A DNA stretch of 63,812 nucleotides, the filler included, from Dugesia japonica (lineage: Eukaryota), in NCBI GenBank assembly GCA_001938525.1. It is 6 parts of 6 records of this genome, joined end to end, with 100 filler letters (N's around TTAATTAATTAA, not from the genome) between each part and the next. Parts side by side here need not be neighbours in the genome. Positions count along the whole stretch, not along the records: positions 1 to 9,431 come from MQRL01616988.1; positions 9,532 to 19,735 come from MQRL01602536.1; 4 more parts are not named here. One strand, 5' to 3'. Position 1 is the first letter of the stretch, and each line of letters starts with the position of its first letter. The position numbers were made by a program, and so were the translations under genes. The notes below the pieces were generated by a model that was given only the letters and a program-made list of their open reading frames with translations, was not told where the DNA came from and searched no databases. This document shows, piece by piece, positions 1 to 13,639 of the stretch.

Positions 1-2383
1 CTTCAATTGATAATTTATTTTCCAAATCATATCTAATATTTTTAGACATCATTTATATCACTACTACAACCATAACTGATTAGATAACTAAAAGTGATTA
101 AAATTAATTAAATATTAATATTCAATTTAATCGCTTTCGATTGGCTGAAATTATTGATTAATAATTATTNNNNNNNNNNNNNNNNNNNNNNNNNNNNNNN
201 NNNNNNNNNNNNNNNNNNNNNNNNNNNNNNNNNNNNNNNNNNNNNNNNNNNNNNNNNNNNNNNNNNNNNNNNNNNNNNNNNNNNNNNNNNNNNNNNNNNN
301 NNNNNNNNNNNNNNNNNNATTTTCAGTGAAAAATTATTTACTTTCGCTAATAATTATTTTTTTTCTAATTTTATCAGGATTTAAATAAGAAAATATTTTT
401 AATTAAAAAAATCTATTTTAAATAGCTTTATTTTTGTTAAGTTGAATATTTAATAGAGTATTGATTAAATTCTACAATTGGATTTTGCTGTAATGTTTGT
501 AATATTGATTTTTTTTATTTCTAATTCAATCATCGGATTTCAAGTTAATAATCTAGTTAATTATTTTTCATTAAATTAAAAACCATCGATCAAAATATTG
601 TTTTTCTATTTTTTTATATTTTTAGTTCTTGATAGTATTTCGAATTAACTTTCCTGACAAAGACAAATATCATCAAGAACGAAAAATAATAATACAAAAA
701 AACAACAATATTTTAATCGAAGGTTTTAATGAAATCTCAATTACGATCAATGGTTAAATTCAATATTTATTCTCACAATTATTGTAAAGTTAATTATTAG
801 TTAATTCAATATTATCAACGAAAGTTTCTGATTATAAATTTTATTCCAAAAATTTATTTCAAGTTTCTGCTTTGAAATTGTTTATCGAAATTAAATCCAT
901 CTTTTGATGGATATTTAAACAAATAAACTATTTTAATAAATAGATTTATCATAATGTTTTTCAGCAATTAACCGAGAAAATGTTCATTTAATTTTATATT
1001 ACAATTAAAATCCAATGAAAATTTATTTTACTCAGATTTTTTAAAAATCTATCTTTATGTCAAAAATTGTAATAATAATTTACTGAACAATTGTTCATGA
1101 ATAAAGCTATGCCGAATTATTGAAAATTAAAGAACAACTTTGATATTTGATTGTTAAATAATTTTTTTGAATAAAAATTNNNNNNNNNNNNNNNNNNNNN
1201 NNNNNNNNNNNNNNNNNNNNNNNNNNNNNNNNNNNNNNNNNNNNNNNNNNNNNNNNNNNNNNNNNNNNNNNNNNNNNNNNNNNNNNNNNNNNNNNNNNNN
1301 NNNNNNNNNNNNNNNNNNNNNNNNNNNNNNNNNNNNAATTCTATAAAACGATCAATGGTTAAGTCCAACAATTATTCTCGCAATAATTGCAATTGTAAAA
1401 TAATTTATTTGTTTTTAATTAAACTAAATTTAAAAAAATCACTTGAATTAGTTTTTTGAAAAATCATTTAAATTTAAATTATCTTACGTAACTTAATTTA
1501 AAATTCAACTTAAATTGCCTGAATACACAACGTTTTATTAGTANNNNNNNNNNNNNNNNNNNNNNNNNNNNNNNNNNNNNNNNNNNNNNNNNNACGTAAC
1601 TTAATTTAAAATTCAACTTAAATTGCCTGAATACACAACGTTTTATTAGTATCACATGGAACATCAACAATATTACAAGGCCTGCTAGGATTACTTCATT
1701 TCTTTTAAAATCAAGTACATTTTCTCCAGAATCACTATTGGCAAACCCTACCATACTAAAGAATACCATTTTTAAACAGTAATAGAATTATAAAGGATGT
1801 AAAGCTGAAATCTTAAAAATGCCATTAAATGAGAAAAGAACGGGAAAGGCTGTAATTAAATATGCAATCCAACTTTAAGAAAAAGTGAGAATCATGTTGA
1901 AATTATTGCTTGATACTTGTGAACGATTTTCTTTAATATTAAACAAATGGACATTCAAAATTAATCGAGTTAATATACTTGATATTTATTTCCTCAAAAT
2001 CTGTCAAATATTCCAGAAAAAATATCATTTAAAATTCTTAGAAGTTAAAAAATATATTTTTAGTGTAATTTTTCTAAAACAAGAAAACAATAATTGAATT
2101 AATATTTTTTTACTTTTTAATATAATATTAAAATATATTGAATATAATTATATTTTTATTTATAAGTTTTTGTATAAGAGTTTTTTATTGTATAGATAAA
2201 TTACTTATTTCAATTTAATATAAATATATTTTAACAAAAAAAAAAACAAACTAACAATAGACGTTTTGAATATTTTTAGATTTCTTGAAAAAATAAAATG
2301 AAACAAGATAAATTTTTCAATACTGAAATATCATAAATCTCAAGAAAAAATAATGATAAATAAAATTTATAGATACATTATAT

Positions 2384-2692
2384 TAGGGTGCACAATCTTT
2401 TTTCTAGGCGGACCGCATCATCAATTTAAATAAATGTCACGGACCATCAAGCAAACTTTCGGGAAGATATTAAAGGACCTATAGGTACTATACCGTACTA
2501 TACAACTTCACAAATGTAATTTAGTACTAATAAAGTGTCATTTTACAGTTAGTATTTTGGAGGAGATCGTTGTGAATCCGTGAAATATTCTTTGTATAGA
2601 ATTAAATTTCTTTAATAAAGTACATTTTGGATTTTTCATTGATTTGTGTCGCGTGCCGCACCGGACCATTAACAGTATTTTGTGCACCCGTG
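2384..2692. mobile_element. hAT-type MITE (non-autonomous)
   Basis: Imperfect TIRs TAGGGTGCACAA...TTGTGCACCCGTG, flanked by a perfect 8-bp TSD CATTATAT (2376-2383 and 2693-2700). Confidence 0.75.
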
Positions 2693-2978
2693 CATTATAT
2701 TTATTTATTTCGATAAATTTTATTTTATTTAATCATTTATCATATTTTAAAATTGATTATATTAATATTAATTTAATATTATTTAAAAATGTATAATAAC
2801 AAAAATTGATCGATTAATCTGACATGTCATATTTGGTATGATATACTTTTCAACAGAATACAAATATTTGGCTGAATAAAAGATAAATCAAATTTTACTA
2901 ACTGTTCAATGTAGCAAACAAACAAATTAAAAAAAATAAATTATTTAAATTATTATTTTATTAATTCTAACAATTTAC

Positions 2979-3195
2979 CTTTTCGATTTGATCAATACAG
3001 GACGAGTGTACACAAAGATGACAGGCAGAACATCTTATTTTACATTCTGATTTCTATTTAGTCATTTACGAGAAGTATTTAATTGACATTTCCTCAAAAT
3101 TTTACCTTAATGCAACAATCCATTTCCGATACATAACATTGTTCACTTGATGTTCCAATTTTACACCAGAGATGCTCTCCTCGAATTGCGTTTTC
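2979..3195 (-). CDS. DGKZ: Diacylglycerol kinase zeta/iota (type IV DGK, rdgA-like), two exons encoding the first C1 domain (3106-3195, 2979-3053)
   Basis: GT-AG exons translate to ENAIRGEHLWCKIGTSSEQCYVSEMDCCIK|KSECKIRCSACHLCVHSSCIDQIEK. This matches the type IV DGK pattern ENAxxGEHLW...CY...C...CxxCxxxVHxxCIxQLEK. 52-nt intron, phase 0. Confidence 0.85.
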
Positions 3196-3292
3196 CTAAT
3201 AAAAAATTTTCATTGAATATAAATTGAATTGTTTGTGAAATTTGTTGAATTTAAATATTTTAGCATTGTTCTTAAAAATTAAAATAATCAAC

Positions 3293-3715
3293 TAGCACAT
3301 CATGCAATAAGTCACCGGTCTGACATATTTATGATAATACTGTTGACAAACCCATATGATTTCTAGATAGTACCATCCTTCAAGCGATACGCGTCAAAAT
3401 TTCATGACATTTTGACAATCAGTTTACAGGTTACAAAGGTTTTAGTGACACAAGGATTTTAATTTTCAAAACAATTGATAAAAAAGAATTTTGTGTGTTG
3501 ATTAAATAATGTATTTTGATTGCAAAACATACTGTTTAAGCCANAAAGTGGCTTCATAAGCGTTACGGAGACTCTGCGTCTGAGAAATCAACTACTATTG
3601 ACTGGTATGCTGAATTTAAAAGCAATCGTACAAACACCAATGATGCTGAACGCTCCGGTCTCTTTAAATGGGGAATTGTTTCGGAATAATACAATTATAC
3701 TTTCAAAGTAAATGA
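3293..3715 (+). mobile_element. mariner (irritans/Himar1-like) 5' fragment
   Basis: TIR-like AATAAGTCACCGGTCTGAC; decayed N-terminus DKKEFCVLIK*C...KWL...IDWYAEFKSNRTNTNDAERSG. Confidence 0.75.
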
Positions 3716-4095
3716 ATTGACGATTATATCATTGAAAACACTTCTTAATTGTAGATGATTTCATTCCCAACCTTAAAGGTCTTTGATATGGAATTTGCGA
3801 TTATGAATAATTAGGTAATAAATAAGATCAACTTTTGTATTTACTAGTTTTTGAGAATTGAAATATGATTCCCTTTGTAAATATAATGAAGATAATATGT
3901 TTATTTTGAATAATTAATTAAATTAAATTCAAATTAATTTATTTTATTAATTTACAGAGTTTTACTATTAATTTTATTTCATAATTTATATTTGTTTGTT
4001 TAAAAAAAGTCAGAAGATTTACACATCAAAAACCGTAATATTAAATAAATGAAAACCAGTAAAACAAAACAAGTAAATAAAGATAATATTATTAC

Positions 4096-4372
4096 GTAAT
4101 ATGATTATATGACACATGATCTCCTGATATTTGATCAATGTCAATGGATTCCTCGGGTATTTGATCCTCTGCGATAGACAGTGTATAAACAAATGTATAA
4201 ATTTATATGTACATCATATATTTTAACAAATGCCTTCATTTAATCTACTACATCTTTNNNNNNNNCTGGGGTTTTTTTACATTGAATCATATTCATAATA
4301 GTTTTAGTTTTACCTTCCCTACAAATCGAATCTTCTACGTTTGTCAGTAGTAATATTTTGTTTAAATTTTTT
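4096..4372 (-). CDS. Possible upstream DGK exons (4314-4372, 4096-4168)
   Basis: Canonical AG/GT boundaries and an open frame (KNLNKILLLTNVEDSICRE-EDQIPEESIDIDQISGDHVSYNHI). The phase does not join directly to exon 3106-3195 and there is no recognisable motif. Confidence 0.3.
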
Positions 4373-5599
4373 CTATAAAATCAAGAAATACCTATTTTTA
4401 AATTCGTTTTCCAAAAGATTAATCAACTTTATTTGACAGTTTTGATGTTGATTTTATTTAATTTTATTATAAAATTATAGAATAATCAATATGTTAAAAA
4501 ATGATGAACATGTTAATTTAAAATTAATTCACAATAATCATTAATATTTTATTAACATAATTTGTGATAAATTATGACAGACAACAACAGCATNNNNNNN
4601 NNNNNNNNNNNNNNNNNNNNNNNNNNNNNNNNNNNNNNNNNNNAGAACTGTAAATGCTAGAGTAATGGACACTTAATTTATGAGAATTTATAATTAAATA
4701 AGATAATTTTCAGCAATAGAAAAGAGATAAAAAAAATTTATAAAACAGAACTAACAAAATAATTTTTCTAGTAAATATATGTAATTTTCTTTATTTTATG
4801 ATTTATTAAATCTTTTATTTTTTAAATATACATNNNNNNNNNNNNNNNNNNNNNNNNNNNNNNNNNNNNNNNNNNNNNNNNNNNNNNNNNNNNNNNNNNN
4901 NNNNNNNNNNNNNNNNNNNNNNNNNNNNNNNNNNNNNNNNNNNNNNNNNNNNNNNNNNNNNNNNNNNNNNNNNNNNNNNNNNNNNNNNNNNNNNNNNNNN
5001 NNNNNNNNNNNNNNNNNNNNNNNNNNNNNNNNNNNNNNNNNNNNNNNNNNNNNNNNNNNNNNNNNNNNATTATTTCATGACAATAAAAGCTTCGATCGAA
5101 TTTTGTTTGTATTTTGTTGTGTTGTCTTCGTAGAATATTAAATATTAAATTGCTGCAAGCTAAATTTGTGGTAAAATTTATATTGATTTAAATCTTACGA
5201 AGACAAAGTCGAAAATTCTAAATGTAATCAAGAAAAAAATATATATAGATATATTATCATTGTTATCATTATTTTCAATTTTATACTTTTACCACAAATA
5301 TAGCTTGCAGCCATTTAATATTTAAATTAATTAAATAATACCTAGAAATCTAATTGTATATTGTAGATACGTGATTTCCATGTAATTAATTACAGTAAAT
5401 TAATGTTTAAAATTATTAAATAATTTTTAAACGTTCGTGTTTATATTTTAGATATATTATTTCATAATTAAAATTCCAAAATTATTTATTAAATTAAATA
5501 GTAATTTTAAAAATTAATTTAATAATATTTTTATTCCAAAAGCCTACTAGGATATTTTCACACAAATGAATAAACTAATTATTTTATTAGCTATATTTA

Positions 5600-6660
5600 T
5601 ACAGATTCTGGGTGTTTTGAAAAAAACCAAGTTTTCACACTGACTTCTGTTCTGATCCAGGCACTGCTGACAACATGAAGCAATGGAATCGCATGCACTG
5701 AGAAACATTTTATTTGGTAGTTGGCTAGATTTTTGTTTAATAACTGTTTCAATTTGGCAACTGTGGCAGGTTTCACAGTGTAAACTTTGTCTTCAAAAAA
5801 GCCTCATGAAAACAGTCCAATAGTGTTAGGAGAGTATTTTAAAAACTTCTTTCTTCCAATTCACATTGTTTGACAAGATCTCACCAAAATAAGATTCTCT
5901 AACGTATTGGTAGTGTGAAGGTGCTCCATTTGAAAAAAAATAAAATTCCCTATTCTCCAAAGCTTGTCTAATGCTTAGCATGACAGACTGTCGCAGCCAG
6001 TTTAAGTAAATTAAACCAGTCACAGTAGCGAAAATAATGACCCAATTAATCTTTTTGTTATTAGGCCAGACCACACTATTATTCCTGGTAGATTTACATT
6101 ACTTTATCTTGTTACATATGGGTTATTAGGTTCCCAGTATGTGCAATTATGGCGGTTAATTAAACCATTTAGTTTGAACGTTGCCTCATCACTCCATATA
6201 ATCTTTGTTAGAAAATTTGCTTCTTCTATACACCGTGCCAAGTACACGTATCACTCGTAATATTGTCAGCATCATTTTCACTAATGGTATGTATCAATCT
6301 TTGAATAAAACATTACCATAGACAGGCTTCAAAATACGGCGGACTGACATATTTGAGATATCAAGTTCAAGATTTGCATGCTGCACAGATTTCCATAGAC
6401 GTAGGTGATACTATTCTAGTAGTTGTTTTTACTTTGCGAGAATTGTCAATGTCTGCAGTCTTTCAGAACGTTTTTCCTAAACATCCTAAACAGTTCCAGG
6501 AGTTTCAAACTTATTTCTAAATAATAATATAGTAGGTCTCGTTGGCGGATCTTTTCAAAACTCCCTCCAAAATTGTCTTTTCACTTCAGCTACATTTACA
6601 AACTTCCAATATAATTTTAAAATACATTTTCTTTCCCAAAAGCTTAATATATTCCATTAT
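5600..6660 (-). mobile_element. Tc1/mariner superfamily (DD41D/rosa-like) decayed transposase
   Basis: Frameshifted motifs including FFSNGAPSHY (FQQDGAPPH equivalent) and an N-terminal HTH remnant. Confidence 0.6.
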
Positions 6661-6779
6661 TGCTTAGAATTTTTTTGACCATTTCGTGAATGGATAATTG
6701 TGATACGCGCAGGTGAATGTTACCGTATATATGTGTTGGTTCTTTTCTGAAGACTATTGTCAGGAGCATACACTAAAAG

Positions 6780-7250
6780 TTTTGATGCATTTCCTCAATT
6801 GACAAAACTATCTTGCCCGAAATACGGTAAAAAAACGTGTTGTCTCTGTTAGCCAGAAGCAGCGCCGACGACACTTCATAACAGCAATTAGTTTGCTTTT
6901 CATTTAATTTGTACATTTATCGAGTTTTTCTTTCGAAGTACTTTAAGATGGTTTAGAACATTTGGATATCTTAAACCTAATTCTTCAACAAGCTTTCTGA
7001 TTGTTGTGTAGAGATTTGCTTCAACTAATGCTTTTAACTTGTTGTTGTTAACTTCTGATTGTCAGCTACCATACCATTCATCTTCAAGGTTATTGTCTTC
7101 TATTCTAAACCGTATGAACCACCGTTGTACGTTCGTTAGTAGTTTTCGTGACAAATGCTTAATTTACATTGTGACATGTCACTGATGCTTCCCGACCTCT
7201 TTTATACTCATACATGAAATTGTGCAGAGGTCGATACTTTTCATCATTGG
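6780..7250 (-). mobile_element. mariner N-terminal fragment
   Basis: Remnants ...MYEYKRGR...QRWFIRFRIEDNNLEDE... resembling the mariner HTH region. Confidence 0.55.
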
Positions 7251-8744
7251 TTAATTATAAAAATATACACATAAATATAAAATTATTGAGCGGAAATAAA
7301 AAAAATGATATCCAAAATAATATTAAAAATTAAAACATTTAATCAAATATGAAAATTAACAAATACCAACGATTTTTCATCAGTGATAAATCACTCTTTA
7401 CAGAAATTATTAAAGATTTATTTACTCAAGAAAANNNNNNNNNNNNNNNNNNNNNNNNNNNNNNNNNNNNNNNNNNNNNNNNNNNNNNNNNNNNNNNNNN
7501 NNNNNNNNNNNNNNNNNNNNNNNNNNNNNNNNNNNNNNNNNNNNNNNNNNNNNNNNNNNNNNNNNNNNNNNNNNNNNNNNNNNNNNNNNNNNNNNNNNNN
7601 NNNAAATATTTACAAAGAAATTCAATAAAACTAATTAAATTTAATAATTAAATTTTATTAATTAAAATAATTAATTTTTCTTACAAATAAATATTTATTA
7701 TTTTAAATTTTATTTACCAAGACAATAGTAAAACATATAACTTTTTTTATAAAAGATTTCTTATTTAAATTAATTTTTCAATTAAATTGTATTATATTTT
7801 GTTTATTTGAAATGAATTAAGCGATAATTTAATTTAAAAAAAAAATTACTTAAATTTAATATTAGATTTTATGAAGAACTGCATGAGAATATCTCTGAAT
7901 TTCATTTAAGAATACTTTAATTCATTCACAATATGTTTCTTTCCACAGGAATTATTTGAAAATTTCTGACATGCATTCTAAAAGTGATAGTTTTACTTTT
8001 CTTTAAGTCATTTAGAATTTATAGAAATGAACTATGTAAACCGANAANAAATTAAATTGCAATAAACATCAATTTAATAAATATTTTGAAATTATAATTT
8101 TAATATGGAATTTATATAAAATAATTTTTTTACAAATGTGAAATTTAATTTCTGAAATATGATATATTAATTTATTTAATTAAAATTAAGTAATGAGAAT
8201 TATAATAATAATTTGATTGCTTGTCTGAATGAAGTGGTATGTATGTATGTATGGTAGGTATGTATGACGATATAATTGCCAAGAGAGTCAATCGGATAAT
8301 TCCTATATCTGATCGTCATATATACAAAAAGGATTGTTATCTAATGTACTTTTAACAACTGTTTTTTACATTTTTTGTTTTTATTAAATTTGATTGTTAG
8401 GCCATTAAAGTCTATCATACTTATTTGAAGACGGCTGAAGAGGTTAAAATTAACAAAGTGTATTTCATCTGTGTAATGGATTCCAAACTTTTAATCTACT
8501 TTATACTATTAAATTTCCTTTACGTTATTTTCTATCTTTCAATGAGTATTTTACTTTCAACAAATTTTACTTATAATTAAATTAATATTAATAATAATTT
8601 TAGATAAATTATTTTATTTAAAAGTCATTGAAACTCCCGATTTTAAGTAAATTTGGATAAGAAATTTTAATCATCAATAATAATTAATAATAATAAAAAT
8701 ATATTAATTAATTAATTAAATAATGAACACACAGCAAATCGATC

Positions 8745-9133
8745 AGAATAAGGTACAAGGCATGGGAAAGTGATCTTGCTGCATGACAACAATCCGAGTT
8801 CATGTAGCAAAACCTAATCAAAACAAGTTTAAAAAGCTGAAATGGGAAGTCTCATCCCATATACCGTACTCACTAGACATGTCTCCGTCGGATTACTACT
8901 TGTTCCGGCCGATGGCTTAACTAGTTATAAAAATGTCAAGAAATGTCTAGATGATTTGAATGCCTCCAAACAAGATCAATTATTCGATGATGAAATTCAT
9001 AAATTGCCCCAAATTTAGGAAAATGTTGTTGTTAAAGATGGAAATTATTTGTAATAAAAATTTATTTTGACCTTTTTCATTGTAATCGATTTTTTAAGTA
9101 GCAAAAGTTGGTGAACTCATAATTGTACACCTA
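8745..9133 (+). mobile_element. mariner (mauritiana/Mos1-like) 3' fragment
   Basis: RHGKVILLHDN...LKWEVSSHIPYSLDMSPSDYYLFR; 3' TIR ...TTGTACACCTA. Confidence 0.75.
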
Positions 9134-9431
9134 TTATTATTGCAGTAACATTCATCTTTGCATTTAAAAATTGAACACTTTTCATTCTAAGATTTATTTA
9201 AGACAACAACAAAAACACAACATATCAATTTGGTCTTTTAAACAAATTTTTAAAACAAGCTCACATTTTTATTTAATTTTGACAGAAATTATTTAAAAAT
9301 ATTCTGAATTAAAGTTTTGAAAATAATTAATTTTACAAATTTTTATAATCAAAAAACATTTTCAATTAAATTTTCTAACTTTATTACATGAAGTTAATTT
9401 AATTATTTATTAAACTATTTTCGTTAACAAC

Positions 9432-9531
9432 NNNNNNNNNNNNNNNNNNNNNNNNNNNNNNNNNNNNNNNNNNNNTTAATTAATTAANNNNNNNNNNNNN
9501 NNNNNNNNNNNNNNNNNNNNNNNNNNNNNNN
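9432..9531. other. Artificial scaffolding linker N44-TTAATTAATTAA-N44 (also ~19736-19835, ~32903-33002, ~43684-43783, ~54959-55058)
   Basis: Identical 100-nt structure five times; the 12-mer has stops in all six frames. Confidence 0.95.
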
Positions 9532-10178
9532 ATTGTCACTTGTGATGAAAAATGGGTTATTCATCACAATTGTAGACGTTCTGCACAATGATTAGATGCC
9601 GATCAGCTTCCTTTACACTGTCCTAAATCGGATTTACAACCGAAAAAGACAATGCTGACAATTTGGTGGTCTAAAGCTGGAGTCATAGATTTTTTTTTGT
9701 TAGAAGAAGGTTAAACTATTATTTCTGAAAATGAATTAATGCACAAAACATTATGCATTAAATAGCCTTCATTGGTCAATAGGAAAGACATCATCCTCTT
9801 GCATGATAATGCCCGACCAGATGTGGCAAAGAAGACGTAGCAAAAGTTGACAGACTTAAAAACTATAACTTTGCCACATCTACTATATTTGCCCGACTTA
9901 TCTCCAACAGATTCTCATTTTTTGTTTAACATTTTGATAATTCTTTGGTTAATAAAATCATTGTTGATCGGAAGGATGTCAAAATGGCCATTTTTAAATT
10001 CATAGACTCCAGAGAAAAATATTTTTTCACTAATGGTATTTTGAAACTAGTTTCTAGATGCAAAAAGGTGTAGAATTTGATGGTGACTATTTTACTTAAA
10101 TAAAATTTGATTTTATTGAACTTTTATTGATTTTGTTGTCTATTACGTAATCGGAAATTTCATATGTGACAACCTAAT
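9532..10178 (+). mobile_element. mariner (cecropia-like) 3' half, same family as 18229-19519
   Basis: IVTCDEKW...LLHDNARP...DLSPTDSH; TIR CATATGTGACAACCTAA followed by TA; 5' part lost in the linker gap. Confidence 0.85.
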
Positions 10179-13094
10179 ACATGCGAAAGTAAATGCAAAC
10201 TGCAGACAATATCGGATTACATTACTAAACTTTATAAAGAAAGTAAACTAGAAGATTACGAATTCGAAATCAATATGTATGGCATAATAATCCTGAATTC
10301 ATACCGAAACGATTAAATTTATCACCAAAAAGATTAAGAATACGGGACTTAAAGGAAGCCATTAAGGAAATAAAATGTTACAATGTAGATGGTATCAAAG
10401 GTCTAACTGTAAATCCATTTCTCGATTTGCCATTATTTAACGATGAACATCAATGAAACGAAAATTGGAACCAGCATAGACTGCAAATAGGTGATATTTG
10501 AATCAACATCCTGTCAGACAATAAAAACCTAATTTGTTACGGGGCACGTCCCCATGAAACAAAATTAATCAAATTGATAAATTGGGGTTTTGTATTCAGA
10601 CCGCAAATAATAATCCAGGAAATAGACACTGTTGAATTATATCATAACCTAGAAGAAACATTCCTAAGGAAAATAATTCCCACAAAGTCTCAAGGCTACT
10701 AGAAAAAACGACTCAAGGAAGTGAAGTTGATGGACCATCCAGACTTAGAACAAGAGGAAGCGTCACGATTATCGTTTTGATATCGATTTGATATTGGTAG
10801 CCACCCAGAAACTGCACTATAAAATCAAGAAGGAAGTATATCTAAAGCTAACTAATCAATTGGTAGAGTTATTGGAAGTTATAAAGTTGGTTACCAGTTT
10901 CGAAAGTGAGTGGACAGAGTGTTTGCCAGTACACTACGAATAGGTAATTTCAAACATCGGACTATCAGATTACCAAGTATGGTTGTACAAGCTTGAAGAA
11001 AATATGAAATTAACGCTCGGCGGGTTAATGGTAGAAGACCTAGAAATGGCACTCAATCAAGCGGGAAATACATGCCTAACAGATACGTTTGTATGCACCC
11101 CGAGTGCTCTAGTGGACTTAAATGCCAGAAAAAGCCACTTATATGTTTACAGAGTAAAATCAGAGGAGGAAATTGAAATTGTTATACTAGATAAACATCC
11201 AGGAATAGATTTTGACGAATCAGTAACGAAAACTGGACTATCAGTACTCGAAATCATGAGAGAAATGGGATACCTATATACAGAAGAAGTAGAACCTATT
11301 AAAATAAAGATACTCTCCAAGTATTAGGAAAGAAGGACAAGTTAACAAAGGAAGAAAGGAAACAATTATTGATGACACGTAATGATTTCTTCAAGCAACG
11401 ATTGGAGAGAAGGGAGGGACGATGCAATATGATAAGGATGCGGCAAATGCCGTCCAGAGAAGTAGTAGCGATGAAAAAAGTGGAGGAAATGATTAGCAAA
11501 GTACAAACAGAGAAGAAAAAGTTACCCCGAGAAATTTATTGGATGATAATGAATAGGATTTATGATGGAATAGAAATACCAGAGAAAATTGAAAATCAAT
11601 GGTGTATGATTAGACAGAAATATGCCGAGGAAATACTGGCGACTACTAAAATACTATATTTGAATGTAGGTAAAAATGAGCAGCATATGAATAAGTAAAG
11701 TCGGTTAAAGCCACAAGGGATAACTATGATGGACATAGTGGATGCCATCACGGATAAATGACAAGAGTATGGATTAAACATGGAACCATTGTATATAAAC
11801 GGTAAATTGGTTGAAACCGGCGATGAAGATAAACACATATTTCAATGTCATGCGAATTCAGGAGAATTATGCGAATTAGACGTAAAAGGAAGTCCCAAAC
11901 AGATCAGCCGCCGGATCTAGAGGGACGAATGGGAGAGATAATTGAAGTATACGTAACCGAAGTACTAACAGGTATTAAGGAGCAAGTAAAGGAGAACCAA
12001 AAGATATAGAATAATGACAACCTACCCATAGTCACAACAAAATCGGTTGAATTTTAGGAAGGGACACCAACAATACGGATGAACTATACGAAACCAATAA
12101 CTGAAGAATCTGCCACGTTTCACGCCATCAATGACCTACTGAGAGTAACACTGGAAACTTGACCGGTAGTAGACTTGAAGGTATATTGGAAAATGATGAA
12201 CAATTTAAGAGATTTAGCTATCTATGGGCAACTCAGCTTATGGGCCGGCGCAGAATGGTGGAAAGAGAAAAACGTATATGAAGACGAAGTACAAAATAAC
12301 TCAGCCATATCAGATTATTCAATCAGAGTAAGTCTCATCAGCAAAAAAGGAATCATTAAGAAAGTAGAGATGATACCACTCGAAGAATTAACGATCCGAA
12401 ACGTCGTGAAACCAATCAAGAAATGGTTGTGGCCAAAATCACTCAAGTCATATAAAATGCAAGCTAGGGCAACAATGATAATATTAGCTAAGAAAGGAGA
12501 CTAAATTTTTTTACACGATATTAAACCCGTAGAGATAACGAAAATCAAATTAACGCCGCAGAAAATGAAGGTGGATTTTCCACTACAAAAAATGCTGGAT
12601 ACAGACCAACTAATATTCAATATGATGAGTTTATATCTACAAAAGATATTGCCAGTGGAAAACAAACGCCTCACAAACATATATAGAGAAAACAAGGCCC
12701 ACGTAAACATGGTTAGGAGTAATGACCCAGAAGCCACAGCTCGGAACATGCCACGTTATTAGAAATCAAGTTTAGGGTAATCGACCCTGAGGGAGATAAA
12801 ACCTCGGTTAAAATACCTATTTATAATACACTGAAACACCTCCGGGATAGATTACACTTTAAACCACCATATAAACTCTTGGACGAAGATGGAGTAGTAG
12901 AAGAGATCACACCAATCGGATTAATAAAGATAGACTTAATCAAGCCCAATACGTTATGAGTTTTTCGGGAATCATCTATTACCAAACCTCAAAATAGATG
13001 TAGACCAAGAACGAAACCTCTAGGAAACCCAGAGAAGGAAGAAGCATTTAAACAAAAAAGACTAGTCACATCAGTAAATCACCAAACTAAGAGG

Positions 13095-13540
13095 TTGGCA
13101 GCCGTGTCACAGGAAAGATACTGTGGAAATTCGGCAGAAGATGACATACCAACCGAGGTACTAATACGGCAACTGTTATTAATGTTGTACCCAGAGTTAA
13201 AAATATTGATCGGGAAATTTCAATTATCAGATGGTCTCAGACCACTGGCAAAGGAATTGGAGGCAGCCTTTAGGAAATTTCCGGCTAGTAAAGGTAAAAG
13301 TCATGGTACGAGAGATAACTTGGATGGAGTATTGGATGAGCTTATACAAGAACAACCAACAAAAGGACGGATAGTGGTATATATCGCCCACCTAATTAAT
13401 CAGAAACACCTATCGATAGCCAGAAGTAAGCCGTAAAAAAACTTCATTCTTAGTAAACTACCGATAATGGACCTGATGCGGAATAAAATTGTACCATTGA
13501 TAAAGCAATATTGGGGATGGAAAAATTTATTGAAACAATA
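13095..13540 (+). pseudogene. Bcl-2-like domain (BH3/BH1/BH2-like) within the decayed polyprotein
   Basis: GLRPLAKELEAAFRKF (BH3-like); LDGVLDELIQEQPTKGRIVVYIAHL (BH1-like); after one in-frame TAA at 13434, IVPLIKQYWGW then EKFIE after a 1-nt shift (BH2-like). Confidence 0.6.
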
Positions 13541-13639
13541 TGCCCTAAGCCACAGCCATCACATGAAAACGTAACCAGAGTAATCAGAATCGTAAGAGAT
13601 CAATTAGACGAAATTGAAAATAGATGGGCGCGTGGACCT

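Noticed and set aside
1650-1780. ITWNIN as the start of a LINE APE endonuclease
   Set aside because: No downstream QET or GDFN motifs; too short to support.
9476-9487. Recurrent TTAATTAATTAA palindrome as a biological motif
   Set aside because: Always centred in a 100-nt N block; it is a synthetic linker.
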